Below, piece by piece: positions 49,923 through 59,953 of a stretch of DNA of 64,000 nucleotides. This stretch comes from an uncultured Gammaproteobacteria bacterium (GTDB taxonomy: Bacteria > Pseudomonadota > Gammaproteobacteria > UBA9214). Location of the stretch: positions 95,182 through 159,181 of the forward strand of contig CAWGNW010000009.1 of NCBI GenBank assembly GCA_963824045.1. Reading direction: 5' to 3'. The stretch's first letter is position 1. The number at the start of each line of letters is the position of its first letter. The translations under genes and the position numbers were made by a program. The notes under the pieces are model-generated. The model saw nothing but the letters and a program-made list of their open reading frames with translations, did no database searches and was not told where the DNA came from.

Positions 49923-50873
49923 TTGACCACGGCTGCAGCCAGGGCGCCGGCAGGGCGACCGGTACCCGCGGCGGCAGACGCGGCCGCGCTGCAGGAAATC
50001 GAACGCTTCACCGATGCGCTCTGGATGGAGCACGGCCTGAGCGAGCATACCCTCGCGGCCTATCGCAACGACCTCGCCGGCCTGGCCGCCTGGCTGCAGC
50101 AACAGGGCGTACCCGGACTGCCGCAGGCTCGGCGCGAGGACCTGCTGGCCTATCTGTCGGAACGCGTCATCGGCGGTGCCCGGCCGCGCACTACGGCACG
50201 GCTGCTGTCATCCCTGCGGCGCTACTACCGCTACCTGGTGAGGGAAGGGCGCCTGCAGGCCGATCCCAGCGTGCGCATCGACACCCCGCGTATCGGCCGG
50301 CCATTGCCGGGTTCCCTGAGCGAACGGGAGGTCGAGGAGCTGCTGGCTGCGCCGGATGTCCAGGATACCCTGGGCCTGCGCGACCGCGCCATGCTGGAGC
50401 TGCTGTACGCCTGCGGATTGCGCGTTTCCGAGCTTGTGGGCCTGGCGGTCGAACAGGTGAACCTGACCCAGGGCGTGGTGCGCCTGACCGGCAAGGGCAA
50501 CAAGGAACGCCTCGTGCCGCTTGGCGAGGAGGCCGTTGACTGGGTGCAGCGCTATCTCGACGGCAGCCGGCCGCAGCTGGCCGGTCCGGCCCTGGCGAGG
50601 CAGCTCTTCATTACCTCACGGGGAAAGGGGATGACGCGCCAGGCGTTCTGGTACCGGATTCGCCATTACGCGTTAAAGTCAGGTATTAACAAGCACTTGT
50701 CGCCACACACCCTGCGCCATGCCTTCGCGACGCACCTGCTGAATCACGGCGCCGACCTGCGCGTGGTGCAGATGCTGCTGGGGCATAGTGACCTGTCAAC
50801 CACGCAGATATATACTCATGTAGCGCGCGAGCGCCTCAAGGATCTGCACGCACAGCATCATCCGCGCGGCTGA
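49923..50873 (+). CDS. xerD: Site-specific tyrosine recombinase XerD
   Basis: Collinear with XerD: ..GLRVSELVGL...GKGNKERLVPLGEEAV...HTLRHAFATHLLNHGADLRVVQMLLGHSDLSTTQIYTHV. TTG start is assumed and the exact start is uncertain. Confidence 0.9.
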   Translation: MTTAAARAPAGRPVPAAADAAALQEIERFTDALWMEHGLSEHTLAAYRNDLAGLAAWLQQQGVPGLPQARREDLLAYLSERVIGGARPRTTARLLSSLRRYYRYLVREGRLQADPSVRIDTPRIGRPLPGSLSEREVEELLAAPDVQDTLGLRDRAMLELLYACGLRVSELVGLAVEQVNLTQGVVRLTGKGNKERLVPLGEEAVDWVQRYLDGSRPQLAGPALARQLFITSRGKGMTRQAFWYRIRHYALKSGINKHLSPHTLRHAFATHLLNHGADLRVVQMLLGHSDLSTTQIYTHVARERLKDLHAQHHPRG

Positions 50874-50978
50874 ATCTGTCCGCACCTGCCGTGGCGGCGG
50901 TCAACATGCCGTGAAACTTCAGCCCCGGTTGCAGTGTCGTATCGCTGCAAGACGACGCTCTTTGAACAACAACTCAGA

Positions 50979-51713
50979 ATGGGTTCCATTATGACAAAGC
51001 AAATCGCAGGGCTATGCCTGCTGCTCCTGACACTCCCGGTTTTCAATGCCGCTGCCGGGCCCGACTCCCATGCCGCGATCACGCAGTCCCTGGGCAAGGT
51101 ACTGCCGGGCGTCACACCGGACGAGATCAAGCCGTCACCGATGCAGGGTGTTTCCGAGGTGCTGGTCGGACCGCGCCTCTTGTATATCAGTAACGATGGC
51201 AGATACCTGCTGCAAGGCAGTCTCATCGACCTGGAAACGCGCAAGGATATCAGCGAGGAACGCCGCAAGGGCATTCGTCTCGACGCGATCAACAAGGTCG
51301 GTACCGACAACATGATCGTGTTCCCCGCCGAGAAGGAACGCCACACCATTACCGTGTTTACCGATCTCGACTGCGGCTACTGCCGCAAGCTGCACAAGGA
51401 AATCGACCAGTTCAATGCCGAGGGCATCACCGTGCGCTACCTGATGTTCCCGCGGGCGGGCATCGGCTCGCCCTCCTACGACAAGGCCGTTTCGGTGTGG
51501 TGCGCGGATGACCGGCGTGCCGCACTGACACATGCCAAGCTCGGTGAGGATGTCGCCCCGCGAAAGTGTGACAACCCCGTCAAGGATCAGTACGAGCTGG
51601 GCGAGCAGCTGGGCGTCACCGGCACCCCGGCGCTGATTCTTGACAACGGCGAGCTGCTGCCCGGCTATGTGCCGGCAAAACGGCTTGCCCAGGCGCTGGA
51701 CGCGCATAGCTGA
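50979..51713 (+). CDS. dsbC: Thiol:disulfide interchange protein DsbC
   Basis: Signal peptide, CGYC active site (FTDLDCGYCRKLH) and the xerD-dsbC synteny. An alternative ATG lies at 50991. Confidence 0.85.
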   Translation: MGSIMTKQIAGLCLLLLTLPVFNAAAGPDSHAAITQSLGKVLPGVTPDEIKPSPMQGVSEVLVGPRLLYISNDGRYLLQGSLIDLETRKDISEERRKGIRLDAINKVGTDNMIVFPAEKERHTITVFTDLDCGYCRKLHKEIDQFNAEGITVRYLMFPRAGIGSPSYDKAVSVWCADDRRAALTHAKLGEDVAPRKCDNPVKDQYELGEQLGVTGTPALILDNGELLPGYVPAKRLAQALDAHS

Positions 51714-51762
51714 AGCAGGCTGCCAGCGCGGAGATATGCCTGCCGCGGCACGCCGGGTGCCC

Positions 51763-52626
51763 TCAGTGCAGTGCGTTGAACAAGCGGCGGCGGTACTGCT
51801 GCACCAGCTCGCCCTCGTTGCCAAGGATGTCAAACACCGCCAGCAGGCTGCGGCGGCCGATGTCATCGCGGAATTTCCGGTCGTGCTCCAGGATCACCAT
51901 GAAGGCCTCCATGGCGGCTTCCATGCGGTCGTTCAGGACATAGACGGCACCCAGGCGATAGCGCAGCGTCATGTCATCGGGGCTGGCGGCGACGGCGCGC
52001 TCCAGTTCCTCCAGCGGCGGAGCATTGAGTGCGGCGCTGCTGAAGTCCAGCAGGGCACGCAGCTGTACCGCCTCGGTCTCGTCGCGGACATCGCGCGGCA
52101 GTTCCATGAGCAGGCGCTCGGCTTCCTCCAGCCGGCCGGACTGCAGGGATAGACCGGCATAGTCCAGCGTCAGCTGGTGATTTTCCGGCTCTGCCTGCCG
52201 CGCACTCTGCAGCATCTCCAGCGCCTCCTCCCTGCGGCCCTGCATGAAGGTCTCGATGGCGCGGGCACGGATCTTGTCGGACTCACGCTCGATATACCGC
52301 TCCAGCAGGATGCGCAGTGTCGACTCCGTCTGCGCACCGAGAATCTCCTCTACGACTTCCCCGTGGCGAAACAGCCGCATGGTGGGCAGGCTGCGAATGC
52401 CATGCTCGCGCGCCAGTTCCCGCTGTTCGTCGGTGTTCACCTTGGCCAGGACGAACTTGCCGTCCAGTTCCTCAACCAGTTTCCGCAGTACCGGCATCTG
52501 CATCTGGCAGGGCCCGCACCAGTCAGCCCAGTAGTCAACCAGCACCGGCACACGCTGCGACTGCTCGATGACCTGTGTCTGGAAGGTGTCGTTGGTGACA
52601 TTAACAATGTTCTTTAATTCATTCAT
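51763..52626 (-). CDS. Thioredoxin-domain plus TPR chaperedoxin (YbbN/CnoX-like)
   Basis: The N-terminal part VLVDYWADWCGPCQ is followed by helical TPR-like repeats. ATG 52626 is preferred. Confidence 0.8.
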   Translation of the reverse strand: MNELKNIVNVTNDTFQTQVIEQSQRVPVLVDYWADWCGPCQMQMPVLRKLVEELDGKFVLAKVNTDEQRELAREHGIRSLPTMRLFRHGEVVEEILGAQTESTLRILLERYIERESDKIRARAIETFMQGRREEALEMLQSARQAEPENHQLTLDYAGLSLQSGRLEEAERLLMELPRDVRDETEAVQLRALLDFSSAALNAPPLEELERAVAASPDDMTLRYRLGAVYVLNDRMEAAMEAFMVILEHDRKFRDDIGRRSLLAVFDILGNEGELVQQYRRRLFNALH

Positions 52627-52914
52627 ATATTGATAAATCCATGGATAAGGTAACCCGGATGCAGCGACGCGAAATTCGGGTAAAACGGGTGCAAACTCCA
52701 ATGGCACTGATATACGCAAATCTGAACGAGACCCGGTCCGTCATCCTGTTGCAACCCGGGGTCCGGACACCGGCAACCTGGACCCCGGCATTCGCCGGGG
52801 CAACACCTGAATCACACTGGCGGCTTCCATCCGGGTTGTTCACTGCCGTGCGTGGCGGGTGCCATTGTTTCATTTTTTCCCCGCGAGGTGAAACTCGGAC
52901 CGGAGCCGCCGGAA

Positions 52915-55900
52915 TCAGGTTGCCGGTCCATCCATCTCGACCAGCGTGTTGCAGGCCGTGAACAGCAGGCAGGGTTTCACGGCAAGGCCGGGCCAGAGCC
53001 GGACCACACCTGCACTGTAGAGCTGCATCTGCTCCCGGTAGCTGTTTGCCAGTTCTGCCAGCGTGTCCGCGGAGGCACGGCGGTGCGTCTTGTAGTCGAT
53101 GAGCAGTACGCTGTTCTCGCAGATGACCAGCCGGTCGATGATGCCATAGACAAGCTGTCCTTCCCGGTAATACTGCAGCGGGACTTCGTTGCGGGCGCGC
53201 AGGTACTGCCGCGGGTCAAACAGCATGGCGAAGTCGGCGTGCCGGCAGGTTAGCAGGGCTTCCTGCCACCAGGCCAGCAGTTCCGGGTCCCCGGCTTCGC
53301 GGCCAAGGCTGCCTGCCAGCTGCAGCGGCGGGATGGGGGCTGGAGTTCCCGGTGAGCGCGACAGGATGTCCAGCATGCGATGGATGGCGATGCCGCGCTC
53401 CCGTCCGTCCGCATCTCCCGGCTCCGGCGCCGATGCCGGGTCGGCGTGGCTGGGCGAGATTTGCCGCAGCAGGGGCCTGAGATGGACGACCTGTGTCAGG
53501 CGCGGGTCCACTGCCGGCGTGATTGCGGAGGAGGTGCTCAGTGTCGCACCCGCCGCCGGTGTGCCCGTCGTGTGGCAGGGGTTGCCCGCGGCATTTTTCT
53601 CCCAGCCCGAAAGCGCATCATCCAGCAGCCCGTACCAGCCGGTATCGGAACCGCGTGCCGGCGCGCTGGCGGAGAGGTACAGGTACTGGCGTGCGCGCGT
53701 GATGGCCACGTACAGCAGATTGGCGTCCTCGCACTGGCGTTCCCGGGCCTGGTTTTCCAGCAGCACCCGGGTGGCCGCGTCGAGATCGGCGCGCCGGGGG
53801 GTGAGCAGGAACTGCTCCGGCCGCTCCCGGTCTCCCGGCCAGTCAACCAGCGCGGCATGCGCATTGCGGTCGCGGGGTGCGGTCGCCATGTCGGCGAGAA
53901 ACACCACCGGCGCCTCGAGGCCCTTGGCGGCGTGGATGGTCATGATGCGGACCCGGTTGCCGTCGGTCCCGGCGGGCGGGCTTTCATCCGGCTGGTCCTG
54001 TTGCGACTGGCGCAGCCGTTCCAGCTGGTCGAGGAAGCGGGGCAGGCTGGGATAGCGGCCGTTGTCCACTTCCAGCGCCAGCTCGATGAAACGGGTGAGA
54101 CTGGCCTGTACCCGCGGCACCAGCGCCTCGGGGAAGGCGGCCGCGTAGCGCGGCTGGAGTTCCGCCTCATGGAAAATCCGGTCCAGCAGGTCATGCACCG
54201 GGAACCTGTCCGGCCAGTTCGCGCCAGCGGGACAGCATGGCGAAGACACGGTCATAGGGGGGCTCGCCGCGCTCGGCCAGTGTCGCGAGATGCTCGTACC
54301 AGGTCCCGGAAACATGGCCCGCCAGCGGCAGCAGTTGCTCGCTGTCCAGTCCGAACACCGGGGAACGCAGCACCTGCGCGAGCGCGAGGTTGTCATAGGG
54401 CGACACCAGCAGGCGCAGCAGGGCCTCCAGGTCGCGCACCTCCAGGTTGTCGAGCAGCATGCCCTTGCTGGCGCTCAGGTAGGGAATGCCGGCGTCACGC
54501 AGGGCCTGCTCGTAGGCGGTGGCGTGGGTGCGCTGGCGCAACAGGACCATGATATCGCCGTAGTGCAGCCGGCGGGTGCCGCTGGCGACGTCCACCAGGG
54601 TGTCGCCGTTGACCAGTTCCTGCATGCGCGTTGCGATGACGGTTCCTTCCGCATAGTGGCGCCTGTCGAGGGTGTCGGGCCGCGGCGTCTGCAGCGGGTT
54701 GCGCAGGCCGGTACCGGCGCCGGCGTCATCCGCTGCGGCGGCGCTTGCCAGCGGCAGCAGCTCGACATGGCCGAACATGCCGGCCAGATGGGTGGAATGC
54801 GGGTTGAAGCCGGCGAGGCGCTCATTCAGCGGCGCGGTGCCGAACACGGCATTGACGCAGTCGATGATGGCGGCGGCCGAACGGCGCGAGGCATCCAGCG
54901 GGTAACGCCGGGCCTGCAGGTGCTCGTGCAGCCACACCGAGGCCTCTTCCAGCAGTGCGGGATTGGCGCGGCGAAAACTGTAGATGGACTGCTTGCGGTC
55001 GCCGACCAGAAACACGGAGCGGCCGCGCTCGTCATGGCCGGCGGCGAGTTCCTGCAGCAACGGCAGCAGCAGGCGCCACTGGGTGGGGTTGGTGTCCTGG
55101 AACTCGTCGACCAGCAGGTGATCGATGCGGCTGTCGAGCTTGTACTGCACCCAGCTGGCATGCTCACTGCGGTTCAGCAGTTCGCAGGCCAGCCACTCGA
55201 GGTCGGCGAAATCCAGCACGCGCTGCTCCTGCTTGATGCGCTGGTAATGCGCCAGCAGCGTCGTGCCTGCCGTGTACCAGGCCAGCGTATTGTGCAGGGT
55301 ATTGCAGCGCGCCTGCCGTTCCCGCAAGGCCAGTAGTGCGTCGACACACTGTTCGTGCAGTTCCAGGAACCGGCCTTCGCCGGCTGCGCCCAGACGCTTT
55401 TGCTGGGCAGCGCCTGGCTTGCGCTCGCGCGGGTTTCCGTCCGCCTTGAAAAATACCGGGGTAATGGCGGCCAGCAGCGCCGCGGGCACCAGCGGCGCGG
55501 CGAGCGCCTGCGCGAGGCTGTCGGCATGCGCCGTATTGGTCTGCGTGGTGTTGCGGCCGAGCAGCGCTGCGAACTCCAGCAGATTTTCCCGCAGCGCGGC
55601 ATCCGGGAAGCCGTCCAGTGGATCACTGTCAACATCCACTTCAAGCAGCGAGGTGAGCCGCCGTGTGGCGAACCGCAATGGTTCGCGCGCGCCCTGGGTA
55701 AAGGCCCACCAGTCACTGCGGTGCGCCAGGAAGGAACCCAGCGCCGTCCGGGTACTGCCCAGTCCGTCACAGCCGCTCACCAGCCGGTCCAGTGCCAGCG
55801 CCACCGGGCCGTCGGGGTTTGCGGCCGTCTCCGCCACCACTGCATCCCAAGCCGACTGCTCGAGGAGGCCGGTGGCTTCACCGATGCTGAAGCCCGGTGT

Positions 55901-56302
55901 GACACCGGCCTCCAGCGGGAAGCGCTGCAGCAACTCCTGGCAGAAGGCATGGAAGGTGGTGGCGCGCAGCGCGTAGGGATTGAACAGCAGTTCCTCGTAC
56001 AACCGGCCAGCCCGTGCGCGCAGGTCGTCATCCGGTGTAATGCCATAGTGCTGCAGCATGGCATCCAGGTCAGCGGGCGTGGCACCGGCCAGCTCGCGCA
56101 CGCGTTCCGCGACGCGCTGCTGCATTTCCGCCGCGGCCTTGCGGGTGAAGGTGACCGCGAGGATGCTTTCGGCGGCTGCGCCCGCGAGCAGCAGGCGCAC
56201 GATGCGGGTCACCAGCAGCCAGGTCTTGCCGGTGCCGGCGGAGGCATGAACGGTCGCGTTGCGTGCGGGGTCTGCCGCCTGCAGCGGATCGGGCGTCGTC
56301 AT
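52915..56302 (-). pseudogene. addA: AddA-type UvrD-family helicase / PD-(D/E)XK nuclease, one +1 frameshift near 54205
   Basis: The N-terminal ORF carries ASAGTGKTW and UvrD motifs and ends ..SRWRELAGQ. The next frame continues FPVHDLLDRIFHE...IMTIHAAKGLE...GIIDRLV...LIDYKT. The start overlaps the addB stop (ATGA). Confidence 0.85.
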
Positions 56303-59193
56303 AATGCCGTCTCCCCGGCAGCGCCGGCGGCTTCCAGCCAGGCCTGCTTGCGGCACAGGCCGTCCATCTCGCAGTAGCGGCAGGTGTCCGCGTCGCCCCA
56401 CGCGGGCAGCGCGGCGCCGGCCTGCATGTCCGCAAGCAGGCCGGCGAGGCGTTCTCCGACGGCGGCGGCGAGGTGTCCGAGTTGCGCGCCTTCGAGGCAG
56501 GCACGCGAGCGGACTTCACCATCGACCTGCAGGTACTCGACGCGTCCGGGCGGCGGGTCTGCCAGCAGGACATAGGAAGCCAGCTGCACGTCCTCGCCGC
56601 TGTCGACCTCGACCTGCTTCGGCATGCTGCCGGTCTTGTAGTCGACAATGGCCGTGCCGCCGGGGCCGCTGTCGATGCGGTCGAGCCGCCCCCGGAGCTG
56701 GTGGCCACTCGCCAGTTCAAGCGTCCCGTCCTGTTCGGCCGCGCTGAAGGACCACATCTGCTGCCGTTCGGCCTGCCAGTCGATGTACTCGGGGATCAGC
56801 ACCAGCCAGCGCCGCAGCCAGGCGCGATGTTCGAAGTTGTCTTCCAGGTCCCGGCTGAACACGCTGCGGGAGATTTCCGTCAGCCGTGCAATGGCCGCGT
56901 CGCGGTTGCCGGTGTTGATCGGGCCGGCAAACGCGGCGGGATAGCCGGATCTGCCGGCATGAAAGATCTCCAGGGACTGGTGCACCAGGCTGCCGTATTC
57001 GGCCTTTTCCAGCGCCTCGCTGACGGCTTCCCGGGGTTTCAGCTGCAGGCCGTAGGCGGCGAAGAAACGGTAGGGGCAGTCGATCAGGCTGCGGTGCGCG
57101 CTGACCGACAGGGTTTCCGGCAAACGGTCCGCCGGCAACCGGGGTGCCGGGTAGCCTGCGGCAGCCGGTGCCGGCAGCGGGTTGGCGCCCCGCACCCGGC
57201 TGCCGGGAGCATCCAGCAGCGCCTCCAGTTCCGGGCTGCGCAGGCTGTCCTGCCAGGCGAGTTCGTGGAAGGTCTGGATGGCCTCCAGCCAGGGGCAGGG
57301 CAGGCGCGATTCGCCATTGTCTTCCCGGGTCCATGTCAGCAGCACGTCGGGTGCGCTCTCCAGCACACGGCGGAAACGCTGCAGCTGCAGGGCATAGCGT
57401 TCCGGCCAGGCCGGCAGCTGCAATTCGCGGCGCACCGGGTCATTGAAAAACGGCGATGCCGCGCCTTTTGCCGGCAGGTGCTCACGGTCGCAGGCGGCGA
57501 AGACCAGCCCGCTATACTGGCCGAGCTGTGCCTGCTGCAGGGTCAGCAACAGCACCGGGCTGTCGCCCGTCGCGGGGCGGAAGTCATGCCGTTCCAGCGC
57601 AGCGCCTAACCAGGCGCGAAACTCGATCCAGTCCAGTGTTACCCGGCTGTGGCCGGCGGCATCGTGGAGCAGTTGCCATTCCTGCAGGATGCGCCGCCCG
57701 GCGGGATCATTAGCAAAGGCCTCCCACATGCCCAGCGCCTCCAGGCTGGCGCGCAGCGCCTGCAGCAGTGCCTGCGGGGTGGCCGGATCGCCCTGGAGAA
57801 ATTCCCGCAGCGGCTCGGCCGCCTGGTCGAGCCGGTTCAACAGGATGTGCAGGGCCCCGGCCGTCGCCGCATTCCAGCCGGTCGGCAGACGCTGCAGGCG
57901 GGCATCGATATGGCGGCGATAGCGCGCCAGTCCCCGGGCGATATTCTCATGCCGGATGATGTCCCGCTCGAGGCGGTAGACGAGGCTGCCATGCAGGTCG
58001 GGGTCGGCATCCGGAAAGATGAACGGCGACTTGAGGACATCCAGCAGCGGCTGGTGATCGAAGTCCTCTTCCACCGTCTCCAGCCAGCGCTCCAGTGCCG
58101 CGGCGGCGCTGGTGGTGGACAGCGCCCAGCCGCCGCTGTCCTGCAGGTGGATGCCGGCACGCTCCAGCAGGGCGCGCACGCGTCTCGCCAGGCGCCGGTC
58201 CTCGGTGACGATGCCCAGCGGCTGGCGACCCTCGAGCAGCCAGCGGCGCACCTGCAGGTCGACGGCAAGGGCCTCCTGTTCAGCGGAACTGGCGGCGAAT
58301 ATTACCAGGCCCCCGGCCAGGGGAGACTGCGGGTAGCGGGCGGCAAAGCTGCGTGCGCGCGCCGCGGGCGGTTCCCCGCCATGATCAAAGACCTGATCCA
58401 GGCAGGCTGCCGCCGGGTCTGGCGTTGCGTTGCCGGCAACAGGGATTACACGCAGGCCGGTGTCGGCTAGCCAGGGCGTGCCGGCATACAGGAAGCACTC
58501 GGCACGGCCGGCGGCGGCCAGGTCCGCAAGCCATTCGCTTTCCGCGGCATTGGCGTCGTCAATGCCCACCAGGTAAAGCGGTGATTCGTGTGCGGCCGCG
58601 CGATGCCGGGCCAGGCGCTGCAGGCAGGCCATGCCCGGGTCGAGCAGTTCGTCGGCAGCCAGCTGCACCTGCCAGGCATGCCAGAGGCGGTGCACGATGC
58701 CGGCCTCGATGCCAAGCGGTGCCGGGAGATGGGTGTCGAGGCCGTAAGCCGATTGCAGCCGGGTAGTGAATTCCGCGAGATCCACGGGAATGCGCACCCG
58801 GTGCAGCGCCAGTTCCTCGAACAGGCTTGCCAGGCTGGCAGCAAGCTGCCAGGGATCGCTGCCGGGAAAGACACTGGCGTGCTGCTTCAGGACCTCGACC
58901 AGCAGCAGTTCCCGGCGTGCCCGCCCGGGCACCGTCCGGTCCAGGGGGAAGTGTTCGACCAGCCACTGCTGCGGCGTACTGATGACAGGCCCCAGTAGCG
59001 CGGCATGGCCATACTGTTCTGCTGCGTCGAGCAGTTGCTGCCGCAGCCGGGGCGTGAACTGCAGGTCCGGCAGGAGGACGACGGTGTCGCAGAGATCGGG
59101 CAGGTCCGTGGCCCGGTCAATGATGCGGGCGGCGGCGACGTCGAGAATGTTTGCCCGGCGGGGTACCAGGGTGACATTCGCGGTGGTGGTCAC
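56299..59193 (-). CDS. addB: AddB-type PD-(D/E)XK nuclease subunit
   Basis: 964 aa. The C-terminal nuclease region reads ..GRLDRID...IVDYKTG.. with the cysteine cluster CRYCEMDGLCRK. It is translationally coupled to addA. Confidence 0.75.
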   Translation of the reverse strand: MTTTANVTLVPRRANILDVAAARIIDRATDLPDLCDTVVLLPDLQFTPRLRQQLLDAAEQYGHAALLGPVISTPQQWLVEHFPLDRTVPGRARRELLLVEVLKQHASVFPGSDPWQLAASLASLFEELALHRVRIPVDLAEFTTRLQSAYGLDTHLPAPLGIEAGIVHRLWHAWQVQLAADELLDPGMACLQRLARHRAAAHESPLYLVGIDDANAAESEWLADLAAAGRAECFLYAGTPWLADTGLRVIPVAGNATPDPAAACLDQVFDHGGEPPAARARSFAARYPQSPLAGGLVIFAASSAEQEALAVDLQVRRWLLEGRQPLGIVTEDRRLARRVRALLERAGIHLQDSGGWALSTTSAAAALERWLETVEEDFDHQPLLDVLKSPFIFPDADPDLHGSLVYRLERDIIRHENIARGLARYRRHIDARLQRLPTGWNAATAGALHILLNRLDQAAEPLREFLQGDPATPQALLQALRASLEALGMWEAFANDPAGRRILQEWQLLHDAAGHSRVTLDWIEFRAWLGAALERHDFRPATGDSPVLLLTLQQAQLGQYSGLVFAACDREHLPAKGAASPFFNDPVRRELQLPAWPERYALQLQRFRRVLESAPDVLLTWTREDNGESRLPCPWLEAIQTFHELAWQDSLRSPELEALLDAPGSRVRGANPLPAPAAAGYPAPRLPADRLPETLSVSAHRSLIDCPYRFFAAYGLQLKPREAVSEALEKAEYGSLVHQSLEIFHAGRSGYPAAFAGPINTGNRDAAIARLTEISRSVFSRDLEDNFEHRAWLRRWLVLIPEYIDWQAERQQMWSFSAAEQDGTLELASGHQLRGRLDRIDSGPGGTAIVDYKTGSMPKQVEVDSGEDVQLASYVLLADPPPGRVEYLQVDGEVRSRACLEGAQLGHLAAAVGERLAGLLADMQAGAALPAWGDADTCRYCEMDGLCRKQAWLEAAGAAGETAL

Positions 59194-59295
59194 GTTGTTA
59201 CCGGAAATCGCGCTGTTGAGTTTCGCGCTTCTGACCTGAATTCGCGATAACGAATTTCAACCAGAATACCTGGGTGTGAACGTCCTCTGCTGATG

Positions 59296-59431
59296 TCGTC
59301 ATTGCGACGACTGCAGGGATGCAGGAGGTAGGGCAACGCAGGACGCAGTTGCCGAGGAACACAGTGACGAAGCAATCTCCAGCTAATCGAGCATGATTCA
59401 GAAGATTGCTTCGCTGCGCTCGCAATGACGA
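59296..59431. mobile_element. MITE-like non-autonomous element (136 bp) with 12-bp perfect terminal inverted repeats
   Basis: tcgtcattgcga (59296-59307) pairs with tcgcaatgacga (59420-59431). An inner inverted repeat gaagcaatct / agattgcttc is present. The element carries the family-B 43-bp core (59311-59353). No transposase is present. Confidence 0.55.
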
Positions 59432-59485
59432 GATGCATGAACCAGATGTGACCTGGCCCGGCCATAGTGTGAACGCTGTGGTCGT

Positions 59486-59809
59486 TCAGCGTTCCAGGTA
59501 TTGCAGCTTGTCCGGCTTGTCCTTCCATTCTTCCGCGTCGGGAGGGGCATCCTTCATCTGCGTGATGACCGGCCATTGCTGCGCCAGCTCGGCGTTCAGT
59601 TCCAGGAAGTGTTCCTGTCCCGCCGGCAGGTCGCCCTCGTCGAAGATGGCGTTGATCGGGCATTCCGGTTCACACAGGGTGCAGTCGATGCATTCATCCG
59701 GGTCGATCACCAGGAAGTTCGGGCCTTCGTGGAAGCAGTCCACCGGGCAGACTTCGACACAGTCGGTGTATTTGCATTTGATGCAGTTTTCGGTCACAAC
59801 AAACGTCAT
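59486..59809 (-). CDS. fdxA: 7Fe ferredoxin (FdxA type)
   Basis: [26 protein letters not shown]...[12 protein letters not shown]. Confidence 0.93.
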   Translation of the reverse strand: MTFVVTENCIKCKYTDCVEVCPVDCFHEGPNFLVIDPDECIDCTLCEPECPINAIFDEGDLPAGQEHFLELNAELAQQWPVITQMKDAPPDAEEWKDKPDKLQYLER

Positions 59810-59953
59810 GGTGCTCTCCCGTTATTTACACAGCGCGCGGGGCGTGCGGCCGCCGCTTCATGCATAGCTTCAGGAAATAAATGTAACTTGCTGAAATGCG
59901 CCGTATGGTCAATGCCAGTCAATGCTGCGAAAGTATACCGCTAAACAGCCGGC

